Origin: Pseudomonadota bacterium
GTDB taxonomy: Bacteria; Desulfobacterota; Anaeroferrophillalia; Anaeroferrophillales; Tharpellaceae
DNA length: 44,881 bases
Direction of reading: 5' to 3'
Assembly: GCA_034659215.1 (NCBI GenBank)
Contig: JAYEGS010000147.1
Location: 1-44,881 of the forward strand
The notes below the pieces were generated by a model. It did not search any database. It was not told the DNA's origin and worked only from the letters and a program-made list of their open reading frames with translations. The stretch's first letter is position 1. Each line of letters opens with the position of its first letter. A program made the translations under genes and the position numbers. Of the stretch, positions 1 to 9,103 are shown in pieces.

Positions 1-2669
1 CCTTTTTGCAAATCAAGGCGAATACGCAAAACGTCGTCTTCACAATCAACTATTTTAAAACCAAAACCCTTGATAAAGTGCATCATGTTAGCATTGTCTC
101 GCAAAACCAGGCCGTAAATCTCCGAGATACCACGATCTTTAGCAATATAGATCAATTTCTCCATCAATAAACGCCCGGCCCCACTGCCATGCCAGGCATC
201 AGCAACCACCACCGCAAATTCATACTCTTCGTTATGAGGGTAGTAGACCAGGCGGTTGACGCCGATACTCATCTTCTTACCATCGCGCTCAATCTCGGCA
301 ATAATGGCAACATCACGATCATAATCTATCTGCGTAAAACGCACCATCTGTTCCTGACTGAGCTCCTCTCTCACAGAAAAGAATCTAAAATAGCGGGTCT
401 GCCGGGAGAAGCCGGCAACCATTTCATAATGGGCGGCGGCATCTTCGGGTTTAATCGGACGAATCAACACCGGAGTACCATCTCTCAAAGTTTCATTAAA
501 TTCATACTGATTCGGGTAAGGAATGGTCGAGAGATGGTGCGGCGAGACAAGGCCTCGATTATTTAGAGTGATTTTTGCATCAACCACAATAAAATGGTCA
601 TCAGCAATAATCAGTGGATGCAGATCCACGGTTTCGATTTCCGGCAGATCAACAATCATCTGAGCCAAACGCATCAAAATCTCTTCCAATTTCCCGAGCG
701 CAAAAGGCCGAATTTTATAACACTCTATAAGCTTTGTCCGGTCAATCAGCTTACGAGCCAAGGTGCGGTCAAGCGGCGGTAAAATCACCTCTTCATCAGA
801 AACCACCCGAGCTTGCAACCCGCCGGAACCAAGAAAAATATAGGGGCCGAACTCAACATCGCAACGACTGCCGAGATTAATTTCGTAATCAGCATTCTCG
901 ACCATACTTTCAAGCGTCAAACTAACCTTTTCAAGGCTGGCTTCAGCCGCAACCAGAGTGAGTCTTTCAACCCCTTTATTTAACGCCTCATTACTTCTCA
1001 GATTAAGCAGTACCGCCCCATGATCACTTTTATGAAGAAGCTTTTCACTATCGATCTTCATAACTAAGGGATAATCCATAACCGCACTCTGAGCAACAAC
1101 CTCTTTAAAAGATGCAACCTTAGAGGATAGATTAACCGGCAACCCGTAAAGCCGCAAAAACTCTTTCGCCTGACAAGAGCTGAGCTGCATGTACTGCTGG
1201 TCAATATAGAGATTAATCTGTTCGCGAGCACATTTTAGAGACTCCTGACAATAATCGATCTCACGGCTATATCGCTGGGGGATAACAAACAATTTGGCAA
1301 GCTTTTCATAATAGCGAAGCCCGTAATAGCAACTTAAAACTGCATCTTCAATCGTAAAACAGACCTTTGTTCGCTGATCACTCAAATGCGCCGCATCGCT
1401 CTCATACTGACATCGGTCACCAAGCCAGACATAGACGAGATTAACCCCGGCAGCAGCAGCTTTTCCCTGTATTTCAGTCACCATAGGGATTGGATCGAGC
1501 CAGTGACTCAAAACCACAATGACTATCAAAGTATCAAATTCTTTAGCCTCAAGACAGAGATTCAACACCTTCAGATAACGTTGACAATCGGCATCAGCAG
1601 CGATACAGATAGGATCCAACGAACCGGAATAGGGTGCGATATACTCCCTGACCTGTTCCCCCAGAACTGATGAGAGAGCAGTAACGGCAACCCCTTTCCG
1701 GGCCAGACCGTCAACCGCGAGAACCCCGAGGCCGCCGGAATTGGTGACAATCCCCAAACGACGCCCGGCGGGAATATTACTTTTTGTCAGATGACCACCA
1801 GCCACTAACAACTCATCGACGGTATCGACTCGAATTATTCCGGCTCGGCGAAAAGCGGTATCGTAAACCCGATCCTCACCGGCAGGACGACCGGTATGCT
1901 TTTTTATAATCTCCCGGCCAAGCTCATTTTTTCCGGCTTTAATTGCGACAATCGGTTTAATTCTGGCAACTGAGCGACAGGCGCTCATAAATTTTTTCAC
2001 ATCTTTGATATTTTCAATATAAAGAAGAATACAGCTAACCCGGCCCGACCAGCCGAGAAAATCAATCATATCACCAAAATCGATATCACTTAAAGCCCCG
2101 AGACTGACAACATGACTAAATCCCAAACCTTGTTCGCGGGCCGTACTCAAAATAGAGGTGATGATAGCACCACTTTGCGAAAGCAGAGCCAGGCCGTCGT
2201 CGGCTACCGGGATATCAAAAAGGGAAATATTAATTCGAGAATCGGGAACAATGACCCCCATTGAGTTAAAACCTAAGATACGCAGTTGATGCTGCTTGGC
2301 TTTTTTGAGAATCTCAACTTCATAAAGATCATCAGCCGGCGAACGTTTACCGGCTGTAATTATCAGGTTAGCAACCCCAAGGCGGCCACAGAGGTCGACA
2401 AGTTCGGGAATTTCCGCCAGCGGTTCTAAGGTAACAACTAAACCCACAGGGACGGGAACATCTTCAAGGCTGCGGTAACGCCGCTCTTGTGGAATCGGAC
2501 ATTGCGAAGAACACTCAGACTCCCCACTGACCATAAAAACCGAATTTCCACCAGCCTCCACAAGATTGCTGTAGAGCTGCCACTCCTTGCTCTGTTGACT
2601 GCAGGAACAAGGCCCGATCACGGCAACCGGAGTGGATAAAAAGAGTTTGTCGAGATTATAAATGCCCAT
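1..2669 (-). CDS. Pat/PatZ-type protein lysine acetyltransferase (NDP-forming acyl-CoA synthetase-like domains + C-terminal GNAT), 3'-truncated by window edge
   Basis: Absent from the ORF track because it has no stop in the window. Manual translation from ATG 2669 (upstream AGGTTGGTG): MGIYNLDKLF..VAVIG..ALLSQSGA..SLG..DIDFGD..LLYIE..KPIVAIKAG..KHTG; C-terminal GNAT region RVRPIKPED..TRYFRFF..TQIDYDRD..EFAVVVADAWHGSGAGRLLM. Confidence 0.88.
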   Translation of the reverse strand, partial: MGIYNLDKLFLSTPVAVIGPCSCSQQSKEWQLYSNLVEAGGNSVFMVSGESECSSQCPIPQERRYRSLEDVPVPVGLVVTLEPLAEIPELVDLCGRLGVANLIITAGKRSPADDLYEVEILKKAKQHQLRILGFNSMGVIVPDSRINISLFDIPVADDGLALLSQSGAIITSILSTAREQGLGFSHVVSLGALSDIDFGDMIDFLGWSGRVSCILLYIENIKDVKKFMSACRSVARIKPIVAIKAGKNELGREIIKKHTGRPAGEDRVYDTAFRRAGIIRVDTVDELLVAGGHLTKSNIPAGRRLGIVTNSGGLGVLAVDGLARKGVAVTALSSVLGEQVREYIAPYSGSLDPICIAADADCQRYLKVLNLCLEAKEFDTLIVIVVLSHWLDPIPMVTEIQGKAAAAGVNLVYVWLGDRCQYESDAAHLSDQRTKVCFTIEDAVLSCYYGLRYYEKLAKLFVIPQRYSREIDYCQESLKCAREQINLYIDQQYMQLSSCQAKEFLRLYGLPVNLSSKVASFKEVVAQSAVMDYPLVMKIDSEKLLHKSDHGAVLLNLRSNEALNKGVERLTLVAAEASLEKVSLTLESMVENADYEINLGSRCDVEFGPYIFLGSGGLQARVVSDEEVILPPLDRTLARKLIDRTKLIECYKIRPFALGKLEEILMRLAQMIVDLPEIETVDLHPLIIADDHFIVVDAKITLNNRGLVSPHHLSTIPYPNQYEFNETLRDGTPVLIRPIKPEDAAAHYEMVAGFSRQTRYFRFFSVREELSQEQMVRFTQIDYDRDVAIIAEIERDGKKMSIGVNRLVYYPHNEEYEFAVVVADAWHGSGAGRLLMEKLIYIAKDRGISEIYGLVLRDNANMMHFIKGFGFKIVDCEDDVLRIRLDLQK

Positions 2670-2736
2670 GTTCACCAACCTACATGGTAAATCCATCCCC
2701 GTCAAGTAAAGTAGGAATGGAAAATAACATAGAAAC

Positions 2737-2772
2737 AAAAAAAGAGGTGCCAGTCAAACCGGCACCTCTTTT
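2737..2772 (-). terminator. Rho-independent terminator downstream of rpoH (possibly bidirectional)
   Basis: GAGGTGCC/GGCACCTC 8-bp stem, 9-nt loop, 7-nt U tract on the minus strand and T4 on the plus strand. Confidence 0.8.
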
Positions 2773-2809
2773 ATTCTTGTCTTTAATCTTTTTCGTCTGT
2801 TTTGCTACC

Positions 2810-3667
2810 TTACGTGGCCACCAGCATCTCAACCTCAGCCCCAAGAAGTTTGTGAAGTTTCTTTAAAGCGTTACTCTCTAATTGACGAACCCGTTCACGG
2901 GTAATACCAAGTTCATCGCCAACATCCTGTAATGTCTTGGAGATACCGGAAAAAAAGCGCCCGGCAATAACTTCTTGCTCACGGGGAGTTAAATTTTTCA
3001 AGGCTTGATCAATCATCACTCGACGATTAACCTCAGTCTCTTTGGCCAACAGCAGCTCCTCCTGACCATCACTATCATCGGCCAGAAGATCAAGATAAGT
3101 GGTATCGCTATCGGTAATTGAACGATCCAAAGAGAAGTCACGAGCGTTAAGACGCTGGCAAAAATCTCTGACCTTGGCATCATCATCTGAACCATCGGTC
3201 AAAGCATTGATCTCAGCCGTATCAAGTTCATCTCCTTCGAGAAACCCCCGAACCTTGCCCAACTTGAAAAAAAGCTTCTTTTGCAGTTGAGTGGTACCGA
3301 CTTTGACCAAGCTCCAGGAACGAATGATATAGTCCTGAATATAGGCCCGAATCCACCAGACGGCATAAGATATCAGACGATAACCGCGATCGGGATCAAA
3401 TTTTTTCACGGCCCGCATCAGACCCATATTTCCTTCCTGGATCAGGTCCATCATCCGCATCCGGTAGCCTCGGTATTCACCGGCAATTTTGACGACAAAA
3501 CGAAGATTGGCAGTTACCAAACGATGGGCTGTAGCAACCTCATTATATTTTTTATAACTCTGAGCGAGCTCGGTTTCCTCTTCCGGAGTCAGTAAAGGAA
3601 TACGGTTGATCTCGGCGATATAGCTCGAAAAAGAGTCAGTAGTGACTAAAGCTAATGATTTTTCCAT
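2810..3667 (-). CDS. rpoH: RNA polymerase sigma-32 factor
   Basis: Sigma70 regions 2-4 (DLIQEGNMGLMRAVKKFDP, ISYAVWWIRA, TRERVRQLE) plus RpoH box WSLVKVGTTQLQKKLFFKL; GGAGG RBS. Confidence 0.93.
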   Translation of the reverse strand: MEKSLALVTTDSFSSYIAEINRIPLLTPEEETELAQSYKKYNEVATAHRLVTANLRFVVKIAGEYRGYRMRMMDLIQEGNMGLMRAVKKFDPDRGYRLISYAVWWIRAYIQDYIIRSWSLVKVGTTQLQKKLFFKLGKVRGFLEGDELDTAEINALTDGSDDDAKVRDFCQRLNARDFSLDRSITDSDTTYLDLLADDSDGQEELLLAKETEVNRRVMIDQALKNLTPREQEVIAGRFFSGISKTLQDVGDELGITRERVRQLESNALKKLHKLLGAEVEMLVAT

Positions 3668-3689
3668 TATTTATAGACCTCCACAATTA

Positions 3690-3716
3690 TTAGCACTCTA
3701 GCGTGACGAGTGCCAA
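3690..3716. promoter_or_regulatory. CIRCE element (HrcA operator) upstream of rpoH
   Basis: TTAGCACTC-N9-GAGTGCCAA, one mismatch from consensus TTAGCACTC-N9-GAGTGCTAA, 22 nt from the rpoH start codon. Confidence 0.92.
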
Positions 3717-3742
3717 TATAACAAAAAAGCCCGACAATGCAA
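3715..3742 (-). promoter_or_regulatory. Putative sigma70-type promoter of rpoH
   Basis: Minus strand TTGCAT-N16-TATATT with extended -10 TG; the start site would fall inside CIRCE. Confidence 0.45.
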
Positions 3743-3805
3743 GGGAAATATCTATAATTCTTTATAATTAGAAGGGTTTAATCAGGAAACCAAGCAGCAT
3801 TTACG

Positions 3806-3932
3806 GATGGCTAAGTGAAAAACTTCAGATGCGAGGCGGGCAAATTTGAAGGAATGAGGCGTACATTAAGTACGTCGCAATGACTGAAAATTTGACACAA
3901 CGAAGCAGATGAAGAGTTTTCACTTAGCCATC
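3806..3932 (-). repeat. Palindromic interspersed element family A, copy 1 (127 bp)
   Basis: 16-bp terminal inverted repeat GATGGCTAAGTGAAAA/TTTTCACTTAGCCATC; central GAGGCGTACATTAAGTACGTCGC; homologous to 23533-23661. Confidence 0.85.
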
Positions 3933-4584
3933 AGCGATTACCCATCGGGATACCGAATTCTCGGTAGATACGAAAGAAAAAGTGGGGATACCTATCGGGA
4001 TTGGCGATAAAAGGTTGGTTGGTTACAGGATCGATCTTCTCAAACTCGGAAAAGATCTTCTCTTGAGCACTGTAATCAAAAGCATAAATCACATCGGCAT
4101 GAATCCAGTGTCCCTTCCAGGGCATGAAACGGCCAGCCAAAATCCAGTCATCATCAGCAATTCGAGCAATTATCGCATTATCTAAAACTATGCCCTCTTC
4201 ATCCGGCAGTAAGGGTTTCAAATCAAGAAAACGACGCTCGCGACGAGCCGTCATTTGAAAAAGTGAAAATACGGTTTTTCCCTGATAGGCTTCCAGGAGC
4301 TCTCGTTGCAAAGCCGGAAAAAACTCATCACTTTGCTGCTCAAGATAGACCTCTATCGGCGAACGGCCGTCAATCAACTCCCGAAAAATCAGGAGATCAA
4401 CCAGAGCGCTGGAATCACCGCCTTTTTCCAACTTCAGTTTTCCATCTTTACCCATCAAGCTCAACTCTTTGCCGACCCGCGCAATCGTCGGGCCGTCAAA
4501 AAGCTTGGCCACCGCCGTATTAACCTTAGTCATCCTCTGCTGCAAAAGATTATGCTCGCGCTGTTCACGTCTGAATAAAAGCAT
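3931..4584 (-). CDS. Hypothetical protein resembling the body of SEC-C-domain-containing proteins (no SEC-C motif seen)
   Basis: 217-aa ORF in line with the upstream ligase; pattern LIFRELIDGRSPIEVYLE..RELLEA..FSLFQ..DLKPLL..ILAGRF (family resemblance from recall). Confidence 0.7.
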   Translation of the reverse strand: MLLFRREQREHNLLQQRMTKVNTAVAKLFDGPTIARVGKELSLMGKDGKLKLEKGGDSSALVDLLIFRELIDGRSPIEVYLEQQSDEFFPALQRELLEAYQGKTVFSLFQMTARRERRFLDLKPLLPDEEGIVLDNAIIARIADDDWILAGRFMPWKGHWIHADVIYAFDYSAQEKIFSEFEKIDPVTNQPFIANPDRYPHFFFRIYREFGIPMGNR

Positions 4585-4620
4585 CTTTTTTCCCTAATTG
4601 GTTAAAGTGTAGACGACAGC

Positions 4621-6186
4621 TTATAACTTAAACATCTCCTGATGACCAGCATATTTTTCCCGCAATTTCGGTTTTTCGATCTTACCGGTGGGATTGCGGG
4701 GGACATCGTCAAAAAAGAAGCGACGGGGGCGTTTATAACGGGGCAGAGCCTGACAAAAAGCCTCCAGATCACTATCAATAAGGCGACGACCCGGTTTGAG
4801 ATCAACAATCGCAGCAATCGATTCACCCAAGCGTTCATCCGGCAAACCAATTACAGCAACATCATTAATATCCTTATGCCCCTGTAAAAAATCTTCTATT
4901 TCAACCGGAAAAATATTCTCACCACCTGTAATAATGATATCTTTTTTACGATCCACGAGAAAAATAAAGCCATCCTCATCGATACGAGCAATATCGCCGG
5001 TAAAAAGCCAACCATCCCTTAAAGTGCGAGCCGTCTCTTCCGGATTGTTGAAATATTCGCGCATCACTCCGGGCCCTTTGACCACGAGTTCACCTTTTTC
5101 GCCCTGTGCCAAAGTCTCACCCAGAGCATCGACAACCCGACACTCCCAGTCAAAACCGGGAATCCCGATAGCCCCAACTTTATGAGTGTTACCCATGCCG
5201 AGATGAACGCAACCGGGCCCGGTCGACTCACTTAAACCGTAATTGGTATCATAATCCTGATTAGGGAAGACTTTCAACCACTCCTGGATCAGACTGGGCG
5301 GTACCGGCTGAGCCCCGATATGCATCAAACGCCACTGCTCAAGCTCGTATTTTTTCAGGTCTACAGCCCCATCTTCAATCGCCGTCAGGATATCCTGGGC
5401 CCAGGGAACCAGGAGCCAGACGATCGTACCTTTTTCTTCCGAAACCGCTTCCAGAATCCATTCAGGTTTTGCCCCTTTAAGAATAACCGCCTTGGCCCCG
5501 ACAATAAAGTTACCAAACCAGTGCATCTTGGCACCGGTATGGTAAAGGGGCGGAATCAGAATCAGGTTATCATCATGATTCTGAAGATGGTGGCGATTTT
5601 CAACAATGCATGATGATTCCAGATTGCCATGGGTCAGCAAAATCGGTTTCGGCAAACCGGTTGTACCCGAAGTAAAATATAGGGCCGCGCTATCATCATA
5701 TTGAAGTTTCAGTTGCGGGTCTTCAGTTTCACATCTGTCAAGCAGATCGAGATAATTTTCGACGCCATCAAGATCACAGGAACCGAGACTGAAAAAATGT
5801 TTAACCGTACTCATCTGCTCTTTTACGGCCGCAACCCGGTCGAAAAATTCAGGGCCGAAAAATATAACATCAGCTTCGGCGACAGCAACACAATGCCTGA
5901 TATTCTCGCTATCAAAACGAAAATTTAGCGGCACCACCCAGGCTCCACTGCGCAAAATCCCAAAATAGAGCGGCAGCCACTCTAAAGAGTTCATAAAGAG
6001 GTGAACCACCCGGCTACCGGGCCCGATCCCCCGGGAACGAAGCAGATTGGCAATCTGATTCGCCTGCCGGTCGAACTCAACCCAACTTATCTCACGCCGG
6101 CTATTATGTTCAGGATCTCTTTCAATCAGGGCCGTTTCATCGGCATACATGCGCCCGTTCCGGGCTAAAATCTCGGTAATCAGCAT
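4621..6186 (-). CDS. AMP-forming acyl-CoA synthetase / long-chain fatty acid-CoA ligase
   Basis: YFTSGTTGLPK P-loop, YGLSE, GWLFTGD, DRKKDIIITGGENIFPVEIE, A10 motif PRNPTGKI. Confidence 0.92.
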   Translation of the reverse strand: MLITEILARNGRMYADETALIERDPEHNSRREISWVEFDRQANQIANLLRSRGIGPGSRVVHLFMNSLEWLPLYFGILRSGAWVVPLNFRFDSENIRHCVAVAEADVIFFGPEFFDRVAAVKEQMSTVKHFFSLGSCDLDGVENYLDLLDRCETEDPQLKLQYDDSAALYFTSGTTGLPKPILLTHGNLESSCIVENRHHLQNHDDNLILIPPLYHTGAKMHWFGNFIVGAKAVILKGAKPEWILEAVSEEKGTIVWLLVPWAQDILTAIEDGAVDLKKYELEQWRLMHIGAQPVPPSLIQEWLKVFPNQDYDTNYGLSESTGPGCVHLGMGNTHKVGAIGIPGFDWECRVVDALGETLAQGEKGELVVKGPGVMREYFNNPEETARTLRDGWLFTGDIARIDEDGFIFLVDRKKDIIITGGENIFPVEIEDFLQGHKDINDVAVIGLPDERLGESIAAIVDLKPGRRLIDSDLEAFCQALPRYKRPRRFFFDDVPRNPTGKIEKPKLREKYAGHQEMFKL

Positions 6187-6312
6187 ATAAATTTCCCTTT
6201 CAAACCTGCGGCTGGAAAAAAAAGACAGTTTAAATGATAATTCAAATAATAATCGGATATAGCAATATTCAGACCGATGTAAACAGGTAACAACCAGTGA
6301 ACAATTTGGGAC

Positions 6313-6339
6313 TTTGCTTCGCTCTCATAAATGGGGTCA
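6313..6339 (+). repeat. Isolated half-site of repeat family E
   Basis: TTTGCTTCGCTCTCATAAATGGGGTCA is 23/27 identical to 36243-36269. Confidence 0.6.
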
Positions 6340-6540
6340 ACTTTACCCGCTTCAACTTAAAGGCATTAAACATTTTGCTCATTTCGAGTAAATTTTTATT
6401 AATAAAAACTTCTATTCAGAATTTCAAGAAATATTTCACCGGCAAATGGTTACTTTTCCCCGATTTATGACCTTGCCATGGATGAATTCGATTAAGAGTT
6501 GCCAAAAGGCTGACAACTGAGTTAAAATGGTACCCAGCTT

Positions 6541-6672
6541 TTATAATTCAGGAATTAAGTTACAACAAATAGCGGCGAACATCACTTCGCCCACTTCGAG
6601 GGGGACACAGCTCAGCCCGTCACGGGCTAAAGCCCGGCCTGGAGGTATGTCCCCACATCGAGACAATTTGAG
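6541..6672 (+). repeat. MITE-like structured element family B, copy 1 (ends decayed), directly upstream of recD2
   Basis: Core GGCGAACATCACTTCGCCCACTTCGAGGGGGACACAGCTCAG...GCCTGGAGGTATGTCCCCACATCGAGAC shared with 30360, 34526 and 43969 (reverse); outer boundaries approximate. Confidence 0.8.
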
Positions 6673-6678
6673 CATTTC

Positions 6679-8988
6679 ATGGAAACTATCCGCATACGGG
6701 TCAAAAGAACCAGCTACGTAAACTCCGATAACGGCTATGTCGTACTCAAAGGCGACAGCGCCCGACATTTGGTGACAGCCGTCGGCTACCTGCCCGAAGC
6801 CCTGGATGGAGGCAAACTTGCGGGAACCGAGTTTGAACTGGATGGCAAATGGGAGATGAGCAAATTCGGCCGCCAGTTCGCCTTCTCGGCGGCCCGCCTG
6901 GTCACCAACCAGCTCTTCTATTTTCTCGCCAAAGTCGTTAAAGGCTTAGGCGATAAACTGGCAAAAAGACTGCTTGATCATTACGGCGAAAATGAACTTT
7001 TGTCCATTTTAGAAAATGAACCGGAAAAACTCCTTGAGTTTAAAGGGATCAAAGAGAAAAAACTCAACCTGATCAAAAGTTCCTGGGAGAAACAGAAAAA
7101 CTTAAGAGCCCTGTCGGAATTCCTCCTACCCTACGGCATTACGCCCAACCTTCTGGTACGGATTTACAATGCTTTTGGTGATGAAGCCGGCAAAAAGATT
7201 AGCGACAACCCTTATTCATTAACTGAAATCCGCGGCGTCGGTTTTAAGACGGCTGATTCCATTGCCCGAAAACTGGGGCTACCTTTCGCCTCCGCGCACC
7301 GGGTCGAGGCCGCCATCCACCACCTGCTGCTTGAGGCCGGTGATCAAGATGGACACACCTACCTATCACCGGAAACCCTGCACCTGCAACTTGCTGAATT
7401 ACTTGATGATGAAACGGAAAAAAAGCTTGAGTTGACCACCTTTGAACAGGTTATCAGGGCGATGCAGGTGGAAGATAAGCTGGTTGTCGACAGCAGCCAA
7501 CGTATCGCTCTGAAAGCTTTTTACTACATGGAGAGTTTTCTCGATACTTTTTTTCGCAAGCAATCGAAGGAGAGCTTCAAACCTCTGGCTGAGACCAAAG
7601 CAGTCGACCAGTTCATTAATGAGCAACAACAACGTTTAGGCTTCACTTTAGCCGAACAGCAACGTAAAATCATCACCATGATCGGCACCGGCAAGCGGCG
7701 CCTCTATGCTCTCTCAGGCTATGCCGGAACCGGAAAATCAACCATCGCCAAAACTATTCTCGATTTCTTAAGCCAACATTTTTGTGATCGCAAAGATATC
7801 ACCTGCTGCGCTTTCACCGGCATGGCTGCGGCCCGCATCCGCAAACTCACCGGTTACCAAGCTTACACCATCCACTCACTGCTCAAATACCAAGGCGACA
7901 ACCGCTTTGAGTTTAATCGTGACCGCCCCCTGCCCTACAAAGTGATACTTCTTGACGAAGCCGGCATGGTCAACAGCCAAATCTTCTACCGCCTGGCCTT
8001 GGCGGTGGCAAAAGAGACTATTTTCATTTTAGTCGGCGATCCGGCTCAGTTGCCGCCCATCGGGGCCGGCAATGTTTTTGCCGACATCCTCAACAAAAAA
8101 TATCTTGCCCACACCTCTCTAACCCGGATTTTCCGCCAGAGTGAAGATTCGGTTCTGGTTCATTTCGCCAATATTATCCGTAAAGGAGAGATACCACCGG
8201 ACTACGACCAGACCTACAAAGACTTTATCTTCATCCGTGAAGACATTCCTAACTATTTTCAGTTGAAAAAAGAGCTCCCGGAAAAAGAGTTGCGGGAAAT
8301 TCGCGGGCAGTGTAATGAGCGGATTCGCCGCTTGATTATGGAGTTGGCGGCCAAGGCCGTCAAGCGCCTGAAATACCCGACCTGGGATTTTCAGGTTTTA
8401 ACTCCGGTACGGCGCGGCCCCTTGGGAACCGAGCTCTTAAACCATCAATTGCAAGAGGTCTTCAACCCGCAAAGCCAATGCCAGACGATGCGTTTCGGCA
8501 CAATTTTCAAGGTTGATGACAAGGTCGTCCACCTGCAAAACAAGGATATGGAGTGCGCCTATTATCGTGCAGGCTTTAAGCCGAGTCAGTCGGCCGACTG
8601 GCGCCGCCAGCGTATCTTTAACGGTTTTGTCGGCATTATCAAAGAGATTGACCTGGATAATGAGCTATTTTACGTTGTCTACCCCGGCCCCTTAGTGGTA
8701 CGCTACAATTTCGACCATATTCGCGACATTATCGATCTCGCCTACTGCTTGACTGTCCACAAAGCCCAGGGCAGCCAATACAAGTATGTTGCTATTCCTT
8801 TAAGCAACAGCCATTTTATGATGCTCAACAACAAATGGTTCTATACCGCAATTACCCGAGCGGAAAAGAAGGTCTACCTGATCGGCCAGCAATTTGCCTT
8901 AAAAAGAGGCTGTACAAATGTTGAAGCGGCCATCCGCAATACTTTTTTATCACTTGATGAATCAGGAGAAAAGAATGAGCTTGAATAA
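6679..8988 (+). CDS. recD2: ATP-dependent RecD2-like SF1B DNA helicase
   Basis: N-terminal HhH region (NPYSLTEIRGVGFKTADSIA), Walker A GYAGTGKS, LLDEAGM, VGDPAQLPPIGAG, IFRQ, AYCLTVHKAQGSQY, YTAITRA. Confidence 0.92.
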   Translation: METIRIRVKRTSYVNSDNGYVVLKGDSARHLVTAVGYLPEALDGGKLAGTEFELDGKWEMSKFGRQFAFSAARLVTNQLFYFLAKVVKGLGDKLAKRLLDHYGENELLSILENEPEKLLEFKGIKEKKLNLIKSSWEKQKNLRALSEFLLPYGITPNLLVRIYNAFGDEAGKKISDNPYSLTEIRGVGFKTADSIARKLGLPFASAHRVEAAIHHLLLEAGDQDGHTYLSPETLHLQLAELLDDETEKKLELTTFEQVIRAMQVEDKLVVDSSQRIALKAFYYMESFLDTFFRKQSKESFKPLAETKAVDQFINEQQQRLGFTLAEQQRKIITMIGTGKRRLYALSGYAGTGKSTIAKTILDFLSQHFCDRKDITCCAFTGMAAARIRKLTGYQAYTIHSLLKYQGDNRFEFNRDRPLPYKVILLDEAGMVNSQIFYRLALAVAKETIFILVGDPAQLPPIGAGNVFADILNKKYLAHTSLTRIFRQSEDSVLVHFANIIRKGEIPPDYDQTYKDFIFIREDIPNYFQLKKELPEKELREIRGQCNERIRRLIMELAAKAVKRLKYPTWDFQVLTPVRRGPLGTELLNHQLQEVFNPQSQCQTMRFGTIFKVDDKVVHLQNKDMECAYYRAGFKPSQSADWRRQRIFNGFVGIIKEIDLDNELFYVVYPGPLVVRYNFDHIRDIIDLAYCLTVHKAQGSQYKYVAIPLSNSHFMMLNNKWFYTAITRAEKKVYLIGQQFALKRGCTNVEAAIRNTFLSLDESGEKNELE

Positions 8989-9103
8989 ACGAAGAGTTAA
9001 CAAGATTTTAAGTAGAATCATGATGGCTCTCGGCATCGTCTTTCTGCTCTACGTCGCCGTCATGTATTATTTATACTTTTTTACCAATTGGCAAAAGATA
9101 TGA
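8975..9103 (+). CDS. Small single-pass membrane protein (42 aa)
   Basis: AGGAG RBS 6 nt before ATG 8975; MSLNKRRVNKILSR (basic) + hydrophobic IMMALGIVFLLYVAVMYYLYFF; overlaps recD2 end by 14 nt and next gene by ATGA. Confidence 0.7.
   Translation: MSLNKRRVNKILSRIMMALGIVFLLYVAVMYYLYFFTNWQKI

Noticed and set aside
189-1670. Plus-strand ORFs 189-566, 594-782 and 1386-1670
   Set aside because: Antisense shadows of the Pat gene, which the ORF track missed because it has no stop in the window
6527-6768. Short ORFs with similar peptides at 6527, 6541, 34543 and 43889 (e.g. SPTSRGTQLSP..AKA, RCGDI.PG)
   Set aside because: The similarity comes from reading through family B repeats; frames and strands are inconsistent and there is no RBS evidence
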